Shown piece after piece: positions 28,735 through 32,322 of a stretch of DNA of 32,322 nucleotides. Made by a program: the position numbers and the translations under genes. The first letter of the stretch is position 1. Each line of letters starts with the position of its first letter. This DNA comes from Eremomyces bilateralis CBS 781.70 (lineage: Eukaryota), in the NCBI GenBank assembly GCA_010015585.1, contig ML975162.1; one strand, 5' to 3'. The notes beneath the pieces were generated by a model. That model did no database searches. It was not told the DNA's origin and saw only the letters and a program-made list of their open reading frames with translations.

Positions 28735-31677
28735 TTACTTTGGTGGAGACGTCGGCATCTTAAAGGGATGCGCCTCCGTGTTGAACACCCAATCATCCAA
28801 ACTCACCACATCCTCCTTCGCGAACAGCAGATAGAAATACTTCAACGTCTCCGCCGTCCAGAAGCTTTCCATCTCGTCCCGATGCAGTGGGTTCCCTTTG
28901 GTGACATCGTCGATGGCCGACGCGGCGATGGTCGTGCGCGTGCGCCGGTCGACGTTCTCGAACATCTTCCACCCGGCCTCCCGGTACTTCGGATCGCCAG
29001 TGATGCGATAAAGGTAGAAGACCGATTCAATGGCTTCGGGTCTGCCGTTGAGCATTGTTAGTAGACGTCCAGATGGGCGATCGGCCCTCGGAAAGAGTCG
29101 GATGGCGACTTACCGTAGCAAATACCGTTTATCCATGATGGCGGCATACCCCTTCGGGATCCGCTCCTCCCTTACTCGAGTCTGGACGTACTCCTCGTGG
29201 CTCAACGGGGGGCTCGGCGGGCTAGGGCGCAGAATCAACGGCCGGCCTTTCATTGGCTTATTCGCGCTCGCCGGATCTTCTCCGCCAACGTCCTCCATTT
29301 GCGGCACTAGAAGCTGCGAGTCGGGGTCTCGCTTCATGACCGTCCCGGTGCTCGGCCGCTCGTCATCATCATTGTCCTGCTGCCCGCGGTAGGGGAGATT
29401 GGTCGGGTTCGACGCCACGACTGCCAACGGCTCGGCAGGTCCTTCGTCGTCATCGAATCCTTTCATCGCCGACTGGTATGTCTCGAGCTGCTGCAGGTAG
29501 CTCCCCTGTCGCTCCCGCGCGAACGGATCCAGGATCTCCATCCAGCGGGTTTCGTTCCACTTGCACTGCGCCGTGCTTTTGCAGGGGATGGTGGTGAACG
29601 TCTCGGGCATGATGCCGCTGGTGGTGCTGAGATAATTCCAAATACATGCGTCGGTCAACTTGGCGCCGATCTCGGTATCCTCCTTGCGATTGAAGATCTT
29701 GCCGCCCAGGGCGAACATGCCGCCGACGAAACAGTTGAGATGGCTCCCAACCGGGTAGAGCTTCCCCGTGCGTTTGGGGGGCAAGTCTTCGCCCTGCATC
29801 TGGCTGCTGACGTAGTAAGTGCCGGAAATGAGGACGTCGTCCTCGTCCGGGAGCATGGGGCGGAAAATGAGCTTATCTTTGGCCGCTTCGGTCGCTTTGA
29901 TATACATCTTATTGTACTGGTCCGACAGGCCGCCTAGGAGAAGGTGCATCTTGGGCAGGTATTCGTATGCGCTGTCCGCCATAGATGCGAGGGTATACTC
30001 TTCCGTTGCGAACTGAGAGGTGGAAGCGAGCCCCTGTGGAGTGCATTCAGGAGTCGCCGGTTGCTCTTCGCCTCCTCTTGCTCTTACCGGGATCGTGTTA
30101 CCCGATTGCGGGACCGTCTCAATCTTCTTTGAAAGCTGGCGTTTTGATAGTCCTTCGGATGACTTGGAGGTGTCGTCTGCCGTATTTTCTTCCGCAGATG
30201 CTGCTCGGGCAGCGGGATTTTTGTTCTTCCCTAAGCTCGGCTTGAAAATGATTGGCATTGGCTTCTTGAGAGGAACTTCGCCATTCTCATCCGTATCTTC
30301 TGGTTTTGTAGTGCCTTGCATACTATTGCTATGCGCCAACCGAACCGACTCATCCGCATCGACTTCTTCATCGAGCGTAGATGCACGCTGAACAGTAACC
30401 GTCCTGGTTGAGCCGTAGGAACTCTGACGCTGGCAACCGGATGCGTCTATTCTCGTCGGCCATAAGCCAGGTACTCGCGTTCGGTCTTGGTACTCATCCA
30501 GCGCGTCGGTAATCCGCGCAATCGCATCATAATACTTCGACTCTTTGGTCAACTGAGCAAGACGCGTGAATTCCACAGCCAACGATCCGAGTTCGGCCAG
30601 CACGATGCTAGTAGTCGATCGGTGTGGTTGAGATGCGAACGCGCTGCGACGTAATTAGCCATGGAACGCGATCCAAGGGGTTCTGCAAACTTACGGCTTC
30701 CATTGATAATACGGCACCGGCATGCGATTCGGCGTGTCAAACACGCCCATTAGAATCTCCGCCAACTCCACCGCCTTCTCCAACAAAATCGGATACTTCC
30801 CATCGCTCAAATCATATGCGCCAATCAGCCCCCCGAGATATCGAATGGTGGTCTCAAATACCGGGATATCGTGCCTTTCCGACGTCTTGAAATTGACCTT
30901 CTCTACGTGTTTCAACCCCTCCTCGAACTCCTCGACCATGCCCATGATCCATAGCGTATCCAACGAATCGATCAACGTCGCTCCCCACCCATTGAACGGA
31001 TCTTTTTTCTTCCCCGATACGGGCCTGATCTCATCGTGACCCCATCCTGTGGCTTTGTACCCGCGCCACGCATGCGCCATCGAGTCCTGGATCATCGCAA
31101 GCCGTTCCTCTCGCCGGGTCTTCGCTTTGGCCGACTCCTCCTTGAATTCGAATTGGATCTTTGGGATCGCTTTCGGCGTGCCAGAAGGCAGCGGGATCGT
31201 CGACTGGACGGGGAAGTGCTCCGGTTGCCGGGCCCAGAAGATGGGCGACGGAATGGAAAGTGGCTCGACGTCGAAGCGGCCGGCGCTATGCTCGAGCAGG
31301 ACATCTTCGATGGGCGGTAACGCACCTCCGACGTAGGGATTGTTGTCGCTTGCTGCGGAAGGGGAGGTCTTTGTTTTGGATGGGGCGGTCTTCGAGGGTG
31401 AGGGTTTCTGGGCGGGCTTCTCAACTTCTTCCGCGGGAGGGATTCGTCGGATGGACTCGTCATTGTGTACTCCATCATCCAATCCTGCGCCATCTCCACC
31501 GTTTGTATCCGCTGCCGGCCACTGCTTGTCTGGATCGGATTTGCTCAAGTGACCGCTTCCTGACTCGGCGACGTGTGTGACCGATTTCCAGGATGACTTC
31601 GCGCTGAGGTTATACAGGAGGAAAACCACGATACCCGCAAGGACGAGGACGGCTCGATATCGTCGATACCGAATCAT
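28735..31677 (-). CDS. Class I alpha-1,2-mannosidase (GH47), type II membrane protein, 939 aa
   Basis: Exons 31677-30695, 30643-29114 and 29041-28735; introns GTAAGT...GCTAAT...CAG and GTAAGT...CTAAC...CAG. N-terminal TM anchor; [95 protein letters not shown]. Confidence 0.95.
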
Positions 31678-32322
31678 GTTGGCGGCTGTCCAAAAAGGAC
31701 CCGATCGGGGTCGAGGACGGTGACCACGGTAGGTTTAGACGGGGTGCATCCTCTTCCACCGGTGTGAACGTTCCAACTCTGGTAGTTGGTACAGGTCCAC
31801 AGGCACGAGGACTTCGATATCACATCAGCGGCGGTTCCCTCGAGTAGACGGGGCAATGATTAAAAGTGTTCCAAAAGAGAGATCCGAATGGACTAGATAC
31901 GACAGTATATCGCGCTTGGGTTCGGATCATAAGTAGTAGTGCTTAGTAGTAGTAGGGGCTGTCTCGGTCTCTCGGAGCACCACTTTGAATATTCAACAGT
32001 CTCGTGCATCGACGACCGGGAGGCGGGAGCTTGTGAGAGCCTGAGAGGGCTAGGTCTGGGTGGAGACTGGGGAAAGGAGCTTACTGCCCGAGTGCCCGTG
32101 TTGGTACTAACCACAGATAGTAAGGTAGGTAAGATTGTTGGTGAGATTGTTGGCCAAGGCCTTCAAGCCTCAAGGGTTAGCATCTCCGATGGAGGGGGCG
32201 AAAAGGGTCTAACGTTCGTCCGGACTCTAAGTTCGAACCCCTGCCTGTTGGCCAACCACCTACTTGGCCAGTATCACCATCTTCACCACCATCACCAAAC
32301 GCGTAATATCTCAACCACCATA

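Noticed and set aside
32148..32258. tRNA-like signs: GTTCGAACCC (B-box-like) and TTGGCCAA...TTGGCCAACCA ends
   Set aside because: The T-stem cannot pair (CTAAG/CCCTG), there is no D or anticodon arm, and no cloverleaf can be formed.

Overview
Gene-dense, intron-containing eukaryotic DNA from a filamentous ascomycete (Pezizomycotina; short 46-112 nt GT-AG introns with CTRAY branch sites; a finer taxonomic call is not possible here). I could model 14 protein-coding genes, and every complete spliced model has a length divisible by 3. In order: PWP1 (3' part, +), a Ser-rich hypothetical (+), CKS1 (+), USB1 (-), PAL1-family (+), COX17 (-), RanGAP RNA1 (+), WLM/Wss1-type metalloprotease (+), cutinase (-), exportin-5/MSN5 (-), GH5 EGCrP/sterylglucosidase-like enzyme (-), TPR-DnaJ P58IPK-like co-chaperone (+), LDB17/SPIN90 (+) and GH47 alpha-1,2-mannosidase (-). 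CKS1 and COX17 are not represented in the ORF track. No tRNA, rRNA, CRISPR array or intact transposon was found. This is mostly housekeeping sequence and I found no convincing novel multi-gene system. The best leads are local: a C-terminal CaaX box on the GH5 enzyme; a perfect 15-bp inverted repeat with two CACGTG cores in the GH5/DnaJ divergent promoter; seven CreA-type SYGGRG sites between COX17 and RNA1; a ~1 kb ATG-depleted leader containing a single ATG-TGA; several stop-free in-frame introns; Kex2-like sites in GH47 insertions; and a CpG-depleted relic near 1.7-2.3 kb.
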